A DNA stretch of 50,201 nt from Longimicrobium sp. (GCF_036387355.1 NZ_DASVTX010000080.1:1-50201), one strand, 5' to 3'. Shown: positions 16,781 to 27,284, counted from the first letter of the stretch. The notes: generated by a model not told the origin, from the sequence alone. Numbers and translations: made by a program.

Positions 16781-18682
16781 TCAGGCTGTGGCGGCGACGT
16801 CCAGCGTGGCGGCGGGGAAGGCGGGGGGGAGGACGAGGCGAAAGACGCTGCCGGTACCTTCGCTGGATTCCGCTTCCAGCCGGCCGCCCAGCAGCGCGGC
16901 GAGCCGGCGGGAGATGGGCAGCCCCAGCCCCGTGCCGCCCAGGTTGGCGTCCGGAAGCTGCACGAACTCCTCGAACACGCGCTCCAGGTGGTCCGCGGGA
17001 ATCCCCTCGCCCTGATCCATCACCTCCACCACCACGCCGCCGTCCCCCGCGCCGCGCACGCGCACCGAAACCGGGCGCCCGCGGCCGAACTTGATGGCGT
17101 TGCTGAGCAGGTTCAGCAGAATCTGCCGCACCCGCCGGGGATCGGTGAGGATGGGATTGTCCGCGTCTTCCGTCTCCAGGTGCAGCGCGCTGCCGCTGTC
17201 CGCCGCCAGGGGGCGCACGGTGGCGAACAGGTCCGTCACCAGCTCCGGAATGGACGCCGGCTCGGGGGTGATCTCCATCTTCCCCGCTTCCAGCTTGCTG
17301 ATGTCGAGCACGTCGTTCACCAGGTCCAGCAGGTGCCGCGCGGCCCGCTGCGACCGCTCCACGCCGGCGCTCTGCACCTCCGTCATGTCGCCGTACACGC
17401 CGGAAAGGAGCAGGTCGTTGTAGCCCAGGATGGCGTTGATGGGGGTGCGCAGCTCGTGGCTCATGGCGGCGTAGAAGCGGCTGCGCGACGCCAGGGCGGC
17501 TTCGCGCTCCTGCTCCATGCGCCTGCGCTGGGTCATGTCCAGCACCAGCGTGACCCCCTGGTCGGCCGTCTGCTCAAAGGTAGCGGCGGAAACCAGAACG
17601 GGGACGCGCTCGCCGTCGGGCCGCACAAACTCCTTTTCGTACGTTTCCGCCACGCCGCGGTCCGCCAGCTGCGCCATGGCGGCGGCGTCCGCGGCCACCC
17701 ACTCGGGCGGCGTCATGGCCACCCAGTCCACGCGGCCGCGGGCCAGGTCTTCCGGCGTGTGCCCCGTCATGCGAAGGAACGCCTCGTTGGCCGACGTCAC
17801 CCCGCCATCGATGGACCAGAAGAGCATTCCCACCATCCCCGACTCCGACACGCGCCGAAGCCGGGCCTCGCTTTCCTGCAGCGCGGCGCGGGCCTCCTCC
17901 TGCTCGGTCAGGTCCTGCACCTGGGTGACGAAGTACAGCGGCTCGCCGTCCGCGCCGCGCACCAGCGACACGCTTTCCAGCGTGGGAACGGCGCGTCCGT
18001 CGCGGGCCAGGTAGCGCTTTTCGCTCTGGTACGAGCGCACTTCGCCGCCCAGCGCGCGCTCCATCCGCGCCTGGTCGTCGGCCCGGCCCCGGGGGTGCGA
18101 CACGTCGGCAAAGCGGCGCTCCAGCAGCTCCTCCGCAGTGTAGCCCAGCATGCGGCTGAGCGCCGAGTTCACCCGCAGAAAGCGGCCGTCCAGCCCCACG
18201 AGCGCCGTGCCCACGCCGCCGTCCTCAAAGGCGCTGCGAAAGCGCTCCTCGCTTTCGCGCAGGGCGTTCTCGGCCCGGCGCGCCTGCTGCTCCGCGCGAA
18301 ACACGCGGACGGCGTGGCGGATTCCCTGGGCCAGCCGCTCGGGGGTGATGGCGCCCTTGCTCACGAAGTCGGCGGCGCCGGACTTCATGAGCTCCACCGC
18401 GGTTTCCTGGTCGCCGTGGCCGGTCAGCATCATCACCGGCGTGTCGATTCCCGCCTCGCGCGCGGCCCGCAGCACCGACAGGCCGTCGCCGCCGGGGAGC
18501 TGAAAATCCAGCAGCACGCAGTCGTATCCGCCCGTGCGAAGGGCGGCCAGGCCCGCCGGCGCGTCCGCCGCCTCGTCCACGTGCGCGTCCAGGCCGGCGG
18601 CGCGCAGGGCGCGGCGGACGGCCATGCGGTCCAGTTCGTCGTCGTCGACGACCAGAATGCGGTACGAGTCGGGGTTGGCCAC
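16781..18682 (-). CDS. Hybrid sensor histidine kinase (REC-PAS-PAS-HisKA-HATPase)
   Basis: ILVVDDD and LLDFQLP receiver domain, two PAS repeats, SHELRTPIN H-box, NLLSNAIKF, DQGEGI and GTGLGL. Confidence 0.95.
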   Translation of the reverse strand: MANPDSYRILVVDDDELDRMAVRRALRAAGLDAHVDEAADAPAGLAALRTGGYDCVLLDFQLPGGDGLSVLRAAREAGIDTPVMMLTGHGDQETAVELMKSGAADFVSKGAITPERLAQGIRHAVRVFRAEQQARRAENALRESEERFRSAFEDGGVGTALVGLDGRFLRVNSALSRMLGYTAEELLERRFADVSHPRGRADDQARMERALGGEVRSYQSEKRYLARDGRAVPTLESVSLVRGADGEPLYFVTQVQDLTEQEEARAALQESEARLRRVSESGMVGMLFWSIDGGVTSANEAFLRMTGHTPEDLARGRVDWVAMTPPEWVAADAAAMAQLADRGVAETYEKEFVRPDGERVPVLVSAATFEQTADQGVTLVLDMTQRRRMEQEREAALASRSRFYAAMSHELRTPINAILGYNDLLLSGVYGDMTEVQSAGVERSQRAARHLLDLVNDVLDISKLEAGKMEITPEPASIPELVTDLFATVRPLAADSGSALHLETEDADNPILTDPRRVRQILLNLLSNAIKFGRGRPVSVRVRGAGDGGVVVEVMDQGEGIPADHLERVFEEFVQLPDANLGGTGLGLPISRRLAALLGGRLEAESSEGTGSVFRLVLPPAFPAATLDVAATA

Positions 18683-18684
18683 GG

Positions 18685-19101
18685 TCAGGGGTACTCGACC
18701 AGCGTCCAGTACTTGTTGAGGGTCGCCATCGTCTCTACGAAGCTGACGAAGGTGACAGGCTTGAGGATGTATCCGGCCACGTTCAGGTTGTACGCATCCA
18801 CCCGGTCGCGCTCGTCGGCGCTGGTGGTGAGCACCACCACCGGCGTGGGGCGCAGCTCGGCGTCATCGCGCAGGGCGCGCAGGAACTCGATGCCGTTCAT
18901 GCGCGGCATGTTCAGGTCCAGCAGCACCAGCCGCCGCTCGCGGGGCATGTCGCTGCCGCGCAGGGTCTCCAGCGCTTCCAGCCCGTTGCCGGCCACCCAG
19001 AGCGGGTTGCGGATGTTGTTTTTTTGAAACGCGCGGCGAACGTTCATCACGTCCACCTCGTCGTCCTCCACCAGGAGGATGTTCAGCATGGGTTCGCTCA
19101 C
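18685..19101 (-). CDS. Single-domain response regulator (Rcp1-like)
   Basis: ILLVEDDEVD, LLDLNMPRMNG, VVLTTS and YILKP. Start is GTG 19101 or ATG 19089. Confidence 0.93.
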   Translation of the reverse strand: MSEPMLNILLVEDDEVDVMNVRRAFQKNNIRNPLWVAGNGLEALETLRGSDMPRERRLVLLDLNMPRMNGIEFLRALRDDAELRPTPVVVLTTSADERDRVDAYNLNVAGYILKPVTFVSFVETMATLNKYWTLVEYP

Positions 19102-19647
19102 GCGGCGCCGCTCCGTCAGGTTCTCCGGGCTCGCGCAACCGGACGATGCGCCCCAGCCTTCGTCCGCCCCCGCCCACACGCGCCCGTTCCGCCACTGCAG
19201 GTTCGGGCAGACGGCAAAGGCCCCGGTCCCGGTGTGCTGCGGTGCGGTTTGCGGGGCCGATGCGTCTGGAAATCCCGAAGATACGATCCACCCCGCGGCG
19301 GGCAATTCCCGCGCCGCGCCCCGGGGTTCGTGAGACCCGGCGTCGCAGAGTTGGCCGGGCGATGGCGGCTGAGGTGACGCCGCGGTCCGTCGCGCGTCCG
19401 GTCGGGGACGGGTGCGCGCGAGGCAGCGAAGGCGCTTGCGCGGACACCCCGTTCCCGGCGACTGTAGGGGAGCGGCTGCACCGGATTGCGGTTGCACGCC
19501 GCTGGCGGATAACGACATCCTGCACGGTGCCCCGGCGGGGAACCTGAGGTGGATGGAGTGTACCAAGGCGAAGCCGTGGAAAGGATTGCAAAGGCCGGGC
19601 ACCGCCGTGGCGGCGAGTGTTGTGGCACAACGCGTTAGGGGCTTACG

Positions 19648-20214
19648 ATGCACGTGTACCTTCGGGAAGAGCCGGTCGATCTGCAGATGAGGGAAGTGGA
19701 GGCCGAGGGGCTGGTGGATCCCGATTCGGGGCTCATTCCCATGGCCTTCTTTTCCGGCCTGAACGAGACGCCCTCGTTCCGCGCCTTTCTGCCGCCGGAA
19801 ACGGTGAACATCCTGCACCAGGTCATTACGGGCCCGGTGCGGCTGGGGCTGATGGCCGAAGAGCCGGAGGATCCCGCGCAGGAGATCCAGGCCATGGTGG
19901 GGCTCAGCATTCCGGTGGATGAACTGCCCGAGGGCATGGTGCCGGAAGAGGTGGAGGCCGAGGAGAGCGAGTCCGAGCCGTGGAAGCCGGGCGCGGAAGG
20001 GTGGCGCGCGGACGGGTGGAAGGACGACGCGGGCGAGGCGGATGACGACGAGGCGCCGCGCACCATTCTGCTGGCGTTCGCGCCGCTGGTGCGCATCAGC
20101 CGCCGTCATCCGGGAGATTTTGGGGAGGAACTGGCGGACCTGCTGGAAAGCGCGCTCAGCGGCGCCACCAAGCCGTCGCTGGAAGCCCGCGTGGACCGCA
20201 TGCTGGGGCTTTGA
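19648..20214 (+). CDS. Hypothetical acidic protein
   Basis: 188-aa ORF with strong GC3 codon bias, Glu/Asp-rich, followed by a terminator. Confidence 0.75.
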   Translation: MHVYLREEPVDLQMREVEAEGLVDPDSGLIPMAFFSGLNETPSFRAFLPPETVNILHQVITGPVRLGLMAEEPEDPAQEIQAMVGLSIPVDELPEGMVPEEVEAEESESEPWKPGAEGWRADGWKDDAGEADDDEAPRTILLAFAPLVRISRRHPGDFGEELADLLESALSGATKPSLEARVDRMLGL

Positions 20215-20230
20215 CGCACCGCATCGACAG

Positions 20231-20265
20231 AAAAGCCTCTCCCGTTCATGCGGGGGAGGCTTTTT
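20231..20265 (+). terminator. Intrinsic terminator
   Basis: AAAAGCCTCTCCCG...GGGGGAGGCTTTTT. Confidence 0.75.
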
Positions 20266-20314
20266 CGTCGGATGGCGGGTTGCGGAAGGCGGGATTCTGC
20301 GCTCCGCCGCCCTG

Positions 20315-20624
20315 CTGAGCGAATGAATTCGCCGCAACAACTGCGGAAAGTCTCCCCGAACAGACGGGGAGACTTCACCTGCACGGAGGCGGACGGTTGG
20401 GTGGGTCGCGCAGGGTGCGAGGCAGCCTGAGCGAGTGAACTCGCCGCAACAACCGCTGAAAGCCTCACGGTACTGCTGTGAGGCTTCACCTGCTCGACGG
20501 CTACGGGTTGCGCCGAGGAGGTGATCGCGGATGACGGGCATCCCTGAGCGGATAAATACGCCGCTTAAAGTGCGGTAACCCCGACTCGTGGTCGCTGTCG
20601 CGCCCACGATCGGGACTTCAACTG
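20315..20624 (+). repeat. Cluster of three family-A two-hairpin REP-like elements
   Basis: Copies at 20315-20382, 20427-20493 and 20544-20624: CTGAGCGNN-TGAA-NNCGCCGC, a second stem-loop, then CTTCA(C/A)CTG. Confidence 0.8.
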
Positions 20625-20675
20625 ACCCTGCGGATAGCCGCATGGCACTCGTTCGCCGCGCGCCGTATCCTGTAA

Positions 20676-20774
20676 TCGTACTCTCGTACTCTCGTACTCT
20701 CGTACTCTCGTACTCTCGTACTCTCGTACTGCAGTTCCGCACTCACGCACTCACGCACCCAGCACTCACGCACT
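20676..20774. repeat. Octamer tandem repeats: (TCGTACTC) about 7 copies, then about 4 imperfect GCACTCAC
   Basis: Directly visible; ends a few nt before the gluQ TTG start. Confidence 0.9.
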
Positions 20775-20778
20775 TCCC

Positions 20779-21777
20779 TTGACCCTGCGCGGCCGCTTTG
20801 CCCCCAGCCCCACCGGCGCCCTGCACGCCGGCAACGCGCGGTCCGCGCTGCTGGCGTGGCTGCACGCGCGCGCGGCGGGCGGGCGGTTCGTCATGCGGGT
20901 GGAGGACCTGGACTTCGGGCGGGTGCGGCCCGGCTACATGGAGCGGCAGCTGGAGGAACTGCGCTGGCTGGGGCTGGACTGGGACGAAGGTCCGGACGTG
21001 GGCGGCCCGCACGCGCCGTACGTGCAGTCGCAGCGCCAGCCGCTGTACGAGGCCGCCCTGCGCCGCCTGGCGGAAATGGGGATGCTCTTTGCCTGCACCT
21101 GCTCGCGCCGCGACATCGCCGGGGCCGCCAGCGCGCCGCACGCCGGCGAGGAAGGGCCGCGCTACCCGGGCACCTGCCGCGACCGCCGCGTGGAGCCCGG
21201 CCCCGCCTCGCTGACGGACTTCGGCCGCTCGCAGTTCGCGCTGCGCGTGGCGGCGCCGGCGGGAGCCGTCCCGTTCACGGACGGGCTGCTGGGCCCCTGC
21301 GCCTTTGACCCCGCGGACGAGGGCGACTTCGTGGTGCGCCGCAAGGACGGCGTGGCCGCGTACCAGCTCGCCGTGGTGGTGGACGACGCGGCCATGGGCA
21401 TCACCGACGTGGTACGCGGCGCGGACCTGCTGTCGTCCACCGCGCGGCAGATTCTGCTCTACCGCGCGCTGGACCTGCCCGTCCCCCGCTTTCTGCACGT
21501 CCCCCTCATGCTGGGGCCGGACGGCGAGCGGCTGGCCAAGCGGCACGGCGCCGTTTCGCTGGGCGAATTGCGTGGGGCCGGGGTGCCGCCGGACGCCGTC
21601 GCAGGATGGCTCGCCAGCACCTGCGGCCTGGCCGCGCCGGGCGAGCGGCTGCATCCGCGCCAGCTCATCGAGCGGTTCGACGTCGCGCGGCTCCCCGTGG
21701 CGCCCACCGTGGTCACTGATCGCGATCTGCATCTGCTCCGGAGCGCTGAAGCAGTGCATCCACAAGACGGGGGCTGA
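20779..21777 (+). CDS. gluQ: Glutamyl-Q tRNA(Asp) synthetase
   Basis: GRFAPSPTGALHAGN, RVEDLD, CTCSRRDI, YPGTCR, AYQLAVVVDD and RLAKR; no anticodon-binding domain. Confidence 0.9.
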   Translation: MTLRGRFAPSPTGALHAGNARSALLAWLHARAAGGRFVMRVEDLDFGRVRPGYMERQLEELRWLGLDWDEGPDVGGPHAPYVQSQRQPLYEAALRRLAEMGMLFACTCSRRDIAGAASAPHAGEEGPRYPGTCRDRRVEPGPASLTDFGRSQFALRVAAPAGAVPFTDGLLGPCAFDPADEGDFVVRRKDGVAAYQLAVVVDDAAMGITDVVRGADLLSSTARQILLYRALDLPVPRFLHVPLMLGPDGERLAKRHGAVSLGELRGAGVPPDAVAGWLASTCGLAAPGERLHPRQLIERFDVARLPVAPTVVTDRDLHLLRSAEAVHPQDGG

Positions 21778-21896
21778 CGCGCGACAGTATTCCGCAAGCG
21801 TCCGCGGCGTACTATCTTTGCCCGCCAATCACCCGATTTTCCCTCCGAAGAAGCCCCGCAGTCCCCCCTTCTTCGACCCGATCAGGAGAAAGACCG

Positions 21897-22658
21897 ATGC
21901 GTTTCGGTGTGCTCGTACTCGCCGGTGCGCTGGCGCTTCCGGCCGTGGCCGCCGCCCAGGTGACCGGCGTGGACGCCCCGCCCAGCCCGGACCTGGTGCC
22001 CCCCGCCCGCTATACCGTGACTCCCTGGGTGGGCTACCGCCTTCCCACCGGCTACAACGACGTGGCCGCCGTGGGCAACGCCGCCACGCTTTCGGTGCGC
22101 ACGTCGCGCGGCGGAAACGTGGCCGTGGGCCTGACCGGTGAAGCGCGCGTCTACGGCCCGGTGAACGCCGTGGCCGCCATCGGCTACTCGCCGGCGGACC
22201 AGGACCAGGTCGTGTTCACGGACGCGGAAGGCAACACGGACGGCTACATCCTGGAAGGCCCGGCCGTCACCTTTCTGAAGGCCGGCGTGCAGTACCGCCT
22301 GCCCGACCCCATTCCCGACAACCGCCGCTATCACCCGGCCGCGTTCGTTACCGTGGCGCCGGCGGTGGTGTGGAGCAACTACCCGGAGCTTTCGGGCTTC
22401 AGCGACAACGTGAACTCCACCTCGCGCGAGTTCGCGCTCAACCTGGGCGTGGACGCGGTCACCATGCTCAACTCGCGCGGCGTGGCGCTTTCGTTCGCGG
22501 TAGAAGACTACATCACCTTTCTGGACCGCGACCGCATCCGCCTGCGTGAGGGCGAGCTGGGCACGGACTTCTTCGAGGGCGAAGACACCTCGTTCAACGT
22601 GGACTATTCCACCAGCAACATTCTGCTGCTGCGCGCCGGCGTGTCCTGGCGCTTCTGA
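21897..22658 (+). CDS. Putative outer-membrane beta-barrel protein
   Basis: Signal peptide ending AAAQ, amphipathic strands, C-terminal AGVSWRF; RBS AGGAG. Confidence 0.75.
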   Translation: MRFGVLVLAGALALPAVAAAQVTGVDAPPSPDLVPPARYTVTPWVGYRLPTGYNDVAAVGNAATLSVRTSRGGNVAVGLTGEARVYGPVNAVAAIGYSPADQDQVVFTDAEGNTDGYILEGPAVTFLKAGVQYRLPDPIPDNRRYHPAAFVTVAPAVVWSNYPELSGFSDNVNSTSREFALNLGVDAVTMLNSRGVALSFAVEDYITFLDRDRIRLREGELGTDFFEGEDTSFNVDYSTSNILLLRAGVSWRF

Positions 22659-22682
22659 TCGAGCGCTTCTGGTGGATGATGA

Positions 22683-22716
22683 GCGGCGCCGCTCCGGACT
22701 TCCGGAGCGGCGCCGC
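22683..22716. terminator. Long GC hairpin between convergent genes
   Basis: GCGGCGCCGCTCCGGA-CT-TCCGGAGCGGCGCCGC. Confidence 0.7.
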
Positions 22717-22739
22717 CTTCGTTTGCCTGCCCCCGGCCG

Positions 22740-23561
22740 TCAGCGCAGGTGGTACCACCCGCCGCCCAGCGGCATGCTGCCCCAGCTGGCCTGGCCAAAG
22801 ATCCGGTTGGCGGGCTGCCACGCGCGCCCGGGCGGCAGAAACAGCAGCACTTCGCGAAAGTGCTCCTCGGTGCGCAGCGCGACGCCACCCTCATCTACCT
22901 GCGCCTCGGCGATCCCCGCATTTTCCAGCATGCGGACCACGCGGTCGTACTCCGCCCGCGGGGTGCCGCTCAGCCCCAGAACGTAGTCCAGCGTGCGGCC
23001 GGTGGAATCTGTCGGCGATACCATCACGTCGCCGGCCAACGTTCCCTGGTAGCCGTTCAAGCTCTGCGGAGTCCCGCCGCCGCGCCGCCACTCCCGCAGC
23101 CGGCCAAAGCGGATCAGTTCATTCGCCACCGGCTGCAGTTCGGCCACCTGCCCGGCCAGCCGAATCTCCGTTCCCGCGGCCTGCATGGGACCCGAGGCCA
23201 CGATGCTCGCCACCAGCGCGCCCAACGCGAGCAGCGCGTGCCGGAACTTGCCCTCCGTGGGCCGGACGAGCGTGTGGATGGCGAGGGCCAGCCCGCTCAG
23301 GCCCAGAACGAGGGCGGCCAGAATGTAGAGCGCGAAGCTCGCGTCGCCGATCCACGCACTCGCCGCGGCCCCCGCGAGGATCAGGGCGATGGAGCCGTAC
23401 CACAGGACATACATCACCGTGGACGGTTCCGGGCCCGTGCTCACACGCGGCACCGAGGTCGGCGGGGCGCCCTCTTTTCTGACCGGCACCAGCGCCATCG
23501 ATGGACGGATCTCCGTTCCCGCCATCGGTGGCGCCGCGGAAACGGCCTCCGGCGCGCTCAC
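22740..23561 (-). CDS. Hypothetical membrane protein (3 TM plus soluble domain)
   Basis: Three hydrophobic helices; GTGA overlap with the DUF4173 gene. Confidence 0.75.
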   Translation of the reverse strand: MSAPEAVSAAPPMAGTEIRPSMALVPVRKEGAPPTSVPRVSTGPEPSTVMYVLWYGSIALILAGAAASAWIGDASFALYILAALVLGLSGLALAIHTLVRPTEGKFRHALLALGALVASIVASGPMQAAGTEIRLAGQVAELQPVANELIRFGRLREWRRGGGTPQSLNGYQGTLAGDVMVSPTDSTGRTLDYVLGLSGTPRAEYDRVVRMLENAGIAEAQVDEGGVALRTEEHFREVLLFLPPGRAWQPANRIFGQASWGSMPLGGGWYHLR

Positions 23562-25276
23562 AACTCGCTCCCGTACTCCCCCTGGCTCCGGCCGCCGTAC
23601 GGCGCGGGCTGCGCCGGGGCGGGGGAGGCGGGCGCCGCCGCGGCGGGGACGGCGGGCTGCGGCGCGGCCATCACATTCGCATCGGCGGCCGGAACCACGA
23701 CGGCCGGCGTGACCGTCACCCCCACGGGCGGCGTGTAGGGCTCGGGCTCGGGGCAGCGCATCCCATCCAGCCGTTTGCGATGGGCCTGCATGGCGCGGTG
23801 GGCCCGCTGGCGCGACAGGCTCCAGCTGCGCCAGTCGCCGGGGCCGTCGGCCCAGCGCGCGAGCAGTTCGTCCGCGGCCCGGCAGCGCGCGCCCTTGCTC
23901 ATCCCCGGCAGCGCGGCCAGCAGGGGCGGCACCGCGTCCGCGCTCAACGTGGCGGCATACGCGCCGTCAAAGCGCAGCGCCGCGTCCGGGCGCGAGGCGT
24001 TCACCCGCACGATCAGCCCGTCGGGGTTGGCCAGGTGCAGCAGCACCACCATGTCCAGCGCCGTCACCAGCGCGCCCCACGCAAACCGCTGGCGGTGTCC
24101 GCGCAGCACCGTCCAGGCGAACCATCCCGCCACCACGCCCAGCCACAGCATGAACGCCATCGTGTAAATGCGCAGCTCCGTGAGCCCGTACGCGCCCCAG
24201 TACAGCCGCATGCGGTGCACGCCGCTCCCCATCATCACAAAGAGCAGGGCGATCTGCGCGCCGGCGACGATGCGAAAGGTGCGGTGATGGGCGGGCGTGT
24301 CGCGCCGCACCAGCCAGTCGGCCGCGAGGAGCATGGGGAGCACGAGGCCGGCCACCGTCACCAGTTCAAAGAAGCCGCGCCGCGCGTAGTCGGAAAAGGA
24401 GGTGGAGCCGGGCGCCTGGATGAGCTCGGCGTTCCCGAAGAAGTAGGGGAGCTGAACGAGGACGAAGGCGAGAAAGAGCAGGTTCAGCAGCCCCAGCGCC
24501 GTGGCCGTTTCTACGATGCCCAGGGAGAGCGATGCGGGGCGCGCGATGTCCGGCCCCGGCTTGTCGCCGCCCAGCGCCATGGTGCGCAGGATGCCGCCCG
24601 CGATCCACGCCACCAGCGCGCTGAACAGCAGGTGGCCGATGAGCGCGGCGGCATCCAGTTGAAACAGGCCGCCCAGCAGGCTCTCGAACCGCGCGTCCGC
24701 CGACACCAGAAGCGCGCCGAACACCAGCAGCAGCGGCACCGCCAACGCCGCGCCGCGAATGACGGCGAGCGTCGTGCTGGATCCGCCGCGCGACCGCAGT
24801 TCCTTCCACTGCACGTCGCCAAAGAGCAGCGACACCGCGCCGATGGCCGCGTCGCCCGCGGAGGTGGCGATGCCCAGCGCGTGGTGCGCCAGCCCGGCCA
24901 GCCGTACGCTTCCGCCGCGCGCCCGCATCATCGCCAGCGCGAGAATCACGAGTACGGCGGTGATGCTGAGCCCCTTGAGCGTGGGAGAGTCGCGCCACGC
25001 GGCCAGCGACGCCGCGCCGAGCGCGAGCGGAATCCACCCCACCGCCGCGTCCTGCGCCTCCGTCCAGCGCTGCAGCCCCACGATGGCCGCCACCAGCAGC
25101 ACGGTCCACAGCGGCAGGCTGATGCCCCACGGCGAGGTTCGCAGCAGCAGATCCCCCGCGATGCCCACCCCCACAGCCGTGGCGGCAATGCCCAGCCCGG
25201 TGCGCGTCCGGGCGCTCAGGCCGGTTCGGGTTCCGGGGTGGGGCCCGGCGGCGCCGGCCATGTCCATCGTATTCAT
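23558..25276 (-). CDS. DUF4173/DUF4153-family polytopic membrane protein
   Basis: LLVSADARF, YARRGFFEL, RMRLY..AYGLTELR, NPDGLIVRVN and LSADAVP; many TM helices. Confidence 0.85.
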   Translation of the reverse strand: MNTMDMAGAAGPHPGTRTGLSARTRTGLGIAATAVGVGIAGDLLLRTSPWGISLPLWTVLLVAAIVGLQRWTEAQDAAVGWIPLALGAASLAAWRDSPTLKGLSITAVLVILALAMMRARGGSVRLAGLAHHALGIATSAGDAAIGAVSLLFGDVQWKELRSRGGSSTTLAVIRGAALAVPLLLVFGALLVSADARFESLLGGLFQLDAAALIGHLLFSALVAWIAGGILRTMALGGDKPGPDIARPASLSLGIVETATALGLLNLLFLAFVLVQLPYFFGNAELIQAPGSTSFSDYARRGFFELVTVAGLVLPMLLAADWLVRRDTPAHHRTFRIVAGAQIALLFVMMGSGVHRMRLYWGAYGLTELRIYTMAFMLWLGVVAGWFAWTVLRGHRQRFAWGALVTALDMVVLLHLANPDGLIVRVNASRPDAALRFDGAYAATLSADAVPPLLAALPGMSKGARCRAADELLARWADGPGDWRSWSLSRQRAHRAMQAHRKRLDGMRCPEPEPYTPPVGVTVTPAVVVPAADANVMAAPQPAVPAAAAPASPAPAQPAPYGGRSQGEYGSEL

Positions 25277-25497
25277 CAGCGGAACGTCCTTTCCGTAGTC
25301 GTCGGTTCACGCGCGGCACGCGGCCGCGGCGGGGCCTGATTGTCGCCGCCCGGCACGCGCGGCGTCGATGGGTCATCCAACCGAACTCCGGTTGCCAGCG
25401 TCTCCGGTGGATGGCGCTTCCGGTCGGTTGCGATCGATCGAACCGACCGCCGCCGCGTCCGGCGGACCGGCCGGTGATCGGCAGAGTCCCGGTGCCG

Positions 25498-26223
25498 TCA
25501 GGCGGACTCCTTCAATCGCCCGAAGCGCCGTTCGCGGCCGTGGAACCAGTCCACCGCCTGCCCCAGCGCGGCGGGGGTGAAGTCCGGCCAGGCGAGCGGG
25601 GTGAAGTACAGTTCCGCGTAGGCGCTTTCCCAGAGCAGAAAGTCGCTCAGCCGCTGCTCGCCGCCGGTGCGCACCAGCAGGTCCACGTCGGGCGCGGGCA
25701 CCTGCTCGCCCATGGCGCCCGCCATCGCGGCCGCGAACTGCTCGCGCGTAGGCTCGGCCGTGGCGGAAAGCGTGGCGGCGGCGCGCATCAGCGTGTCGCG
25801 CGCCGAGTAGTCCAGGGCAATGCGCAGCGTGAGCCTGCGGCCGTGCGCGGTGGCGCCTTCCGCCGCGTCAATCTGCCGCACCAGCACTTCCGGCAGCCGG
25901 TCGCGCCGCCCGATGATGCGCATGCGCACCCCGTTCTCCACGCACCGCTGCGCCTCCGCCGCCAGGTAGCTGCGGAACAGCCGCATGAGCCCCGCGACCT
26001 CGCGCGAGGGCCGCCCCCAGTTGTCGCTGCTGAAGGCGTACAGCGTAAGCGTGCCGATCCCCAGCCCCGGCGCGGCCTCCACGATCGTGCGGACGGTTCT
26101 CGCCCCTTCGCGGTGCCCCGCCAGCCGCGGCCAGCCCCGCGCGTTGGCCCAGCGGCCGTTGCCGTCCATGATGAGCGCCACGTGCAGCCCGGCGGGACGG
26201 TGAATGGACAGAGTGCTTTGCAT
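25498..26223 (-). CDS. uppS: cis-Isoprenyl diphosphate synthase (UppS family)
   Basis: [26 protein letters not shown] and [25 protein letters not shown]. Confidence 0.95.
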   Translation of the reverse strand: MQSTLSIHRPAGLHVALIMDGNGRWANARGWPRLAGHREGARTVRTIVEAAPGLGIGTLTLYAFSSDNWGRPSREVAGLMRLFRSYLAAEAQRCVENGVRMRIIGRRDRLPEVLVRQIDAAEGATAHGRRLTLRIALDYSARDTLMRAAATLSATAEPTREQFAAAMAGAMGEQVPAPDVDLLVRTGGEQRLSDFLLWESAYAELYFTPLAWPDFTPAALGQAVDWFHGRERRFGRLKESA

Positions 26224-26232
26224 CGTAAAGTA
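26214..26232. promoter_or_regulatory. Palindromic operator copy 2, overlapping the uppS start codon
   Basis: TGCTTTGCA-T-CGTAAAGTA; matches 27285-27303 at 16 of 19 positions. Confidence 0.7.
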
Positions 26233-26254
26233 TCCGGGTAAAAAAAGGGACGGG

Positions 26255-26626
26255 TCAGCGTTCGCGAACGGCGTGAATGAGCGCTTCCATGTGATTCAGG
26301 TACGCTTCCAGCGCGCCGCGCCCGGCGGCGGTCAGGCTGAACTCGGTGCGGGGCGTGCGCCCCTCGAAGCTCTTGGCGCACTCCACGTAGCCCGCCTCCT
26401 CCAGCTTGCGGGCGTGCACGCTCAGGTTGCCGTCGGTGAGCCCCAGCATGCTCTTGAGCTCGTTGAACGACAGCGACGTGTTTACCGCCAGCGCGCTCAC
26501 GATCCCCAGGCGAACGCGCTCGTGAATCAGACGGTCCAGCTCGGCCGCGGCGTCGTCGGCGGCGCCGGCCACGCTGCGCAGAACGGACGAAGTTGCGGGC
26601 TGCTGCGCCCGCTTGGCGTCACCCAC
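26255..26626 (-). CDS. Winged helix-turn-helix transcriptional regulator (ArsR/MarR-like, HTH_34 type)
   Basis: [36 protein letters not shown] and [11 protein letters not shown]; overlaps the upstream gene. Confidence 0.9.
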   Translation of the reverse strand: MGDAKRAQQPATSSVLRSVAGAADDAAAELDRLIHERVRLGIVSALAVNTSLSFNELKSMLGLTDGNLSVHARKLEEAGYVECAKSFEGRTPRTEFSLTAAGRGALEAYLNHMEALIHAVRER

Positions 26627-27245
26627 CGTGCCTCCGGGCGATCAGGAATCCAAAGATGATGTGAAGCCCGCCGAAGCCGGCCGCCATCCACGCGTTGCCC
26701 CACCCCGCGGGCGAAAAGGCCGCGGCGGTCCCCGCGGCCATGAAGCACATCCCCATCAGCGGCACCGCACGGACGGAAAACGCGCCGGCCGTCATGATCC
26801 CCGCGCCGTACAGCATCAGCCACAGGCCGGGGAGCCCCGTGGCCATCCCCGCGCGGTACAGCACGATGGTGAGGATGGCGCCGGCCACCATGGGCGGCGC
26901 CAGGCTGAGGGCGAACTTGCGGCCGGGGCCGGTGAGCAGCCCCATGCGCGCGCTGCGGGCCTTCATGGCCGTGGTCAGCACGCCGATGAGCAGGCAGACC
27001 ACCGCCGATACCATCCACAGCGCCAGCCAGTCCTCGGCGGAGCGCTGGCGCGCCCCCAGCCAGCTGGCCAGCAGCGCCGCGACGCCGATCACCACCTGCC
27101 CCCACCCGCTGACGGCCGTAAAGCTGCCCGCCCGCTCCATCGTCTCGCGGATGAAGCGCAGGTTGTCCATCGCCCGGGCGCTCAGGTCGAGGCTCGGGTC
27201 AGTGGGCTCCTGGGGGAGCGGCCGGATGGGGAGGATCTTCGCCAT
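26619..27245 (-). CDS. Hypothetical polytopic membrane protein
   Basis: AMDNLRFIRETMERAGSFTAVSGWG followed by about 6 TM helices, ending GFGGLHIIFG. Confidence 0.85.
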   Translation of the reverse strand: MAKILPIRPLPQEPTDPSLDLSARAMDNLRFIRETMERAGSFTAVSGWGQVVIGVAALLASWLGARQRSAEDWLALWMVSAVVCLLIGVLTTAMKARSARMGLLTGPGRKFALSLAPPMVAGAILTIVLYRAGMATGLPGLWLMLYGAGIMTAGAFSVRAVPLMGMCFMAAGTAAAFSPAGWGNAWMAAGFGGLHIIFGFLIARRHGG

Positions 27246-27284
27246 GGTATCCGTAGGATGCAGCGTTCCGGACCGGATGTCAAG

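Noticed and set aside
19102-19647. 545-bp intergenic region with a possible stem GGTGCCCCGG...CCGGGCACC as an ncRNA or riboswitch
   Set aside because: No recognisable family motif; such pairing is expected by chance at this GC content. An Rfam search is needed.
20315-20624. Repeat clusters (also 28379-28682, 37990-38433, 43299-43892) as CRISPR arrays
   Set aside because: Units are long, divergent and irregularly spaced, lack uniform spacers, and no cas genes are present.
18685-20742. 685-aa response regulator with a long N-terminus
   Set aside because: Only the last ~138 aa are a receiver domain; the rest crosses an opposite-strand gene and repeats.
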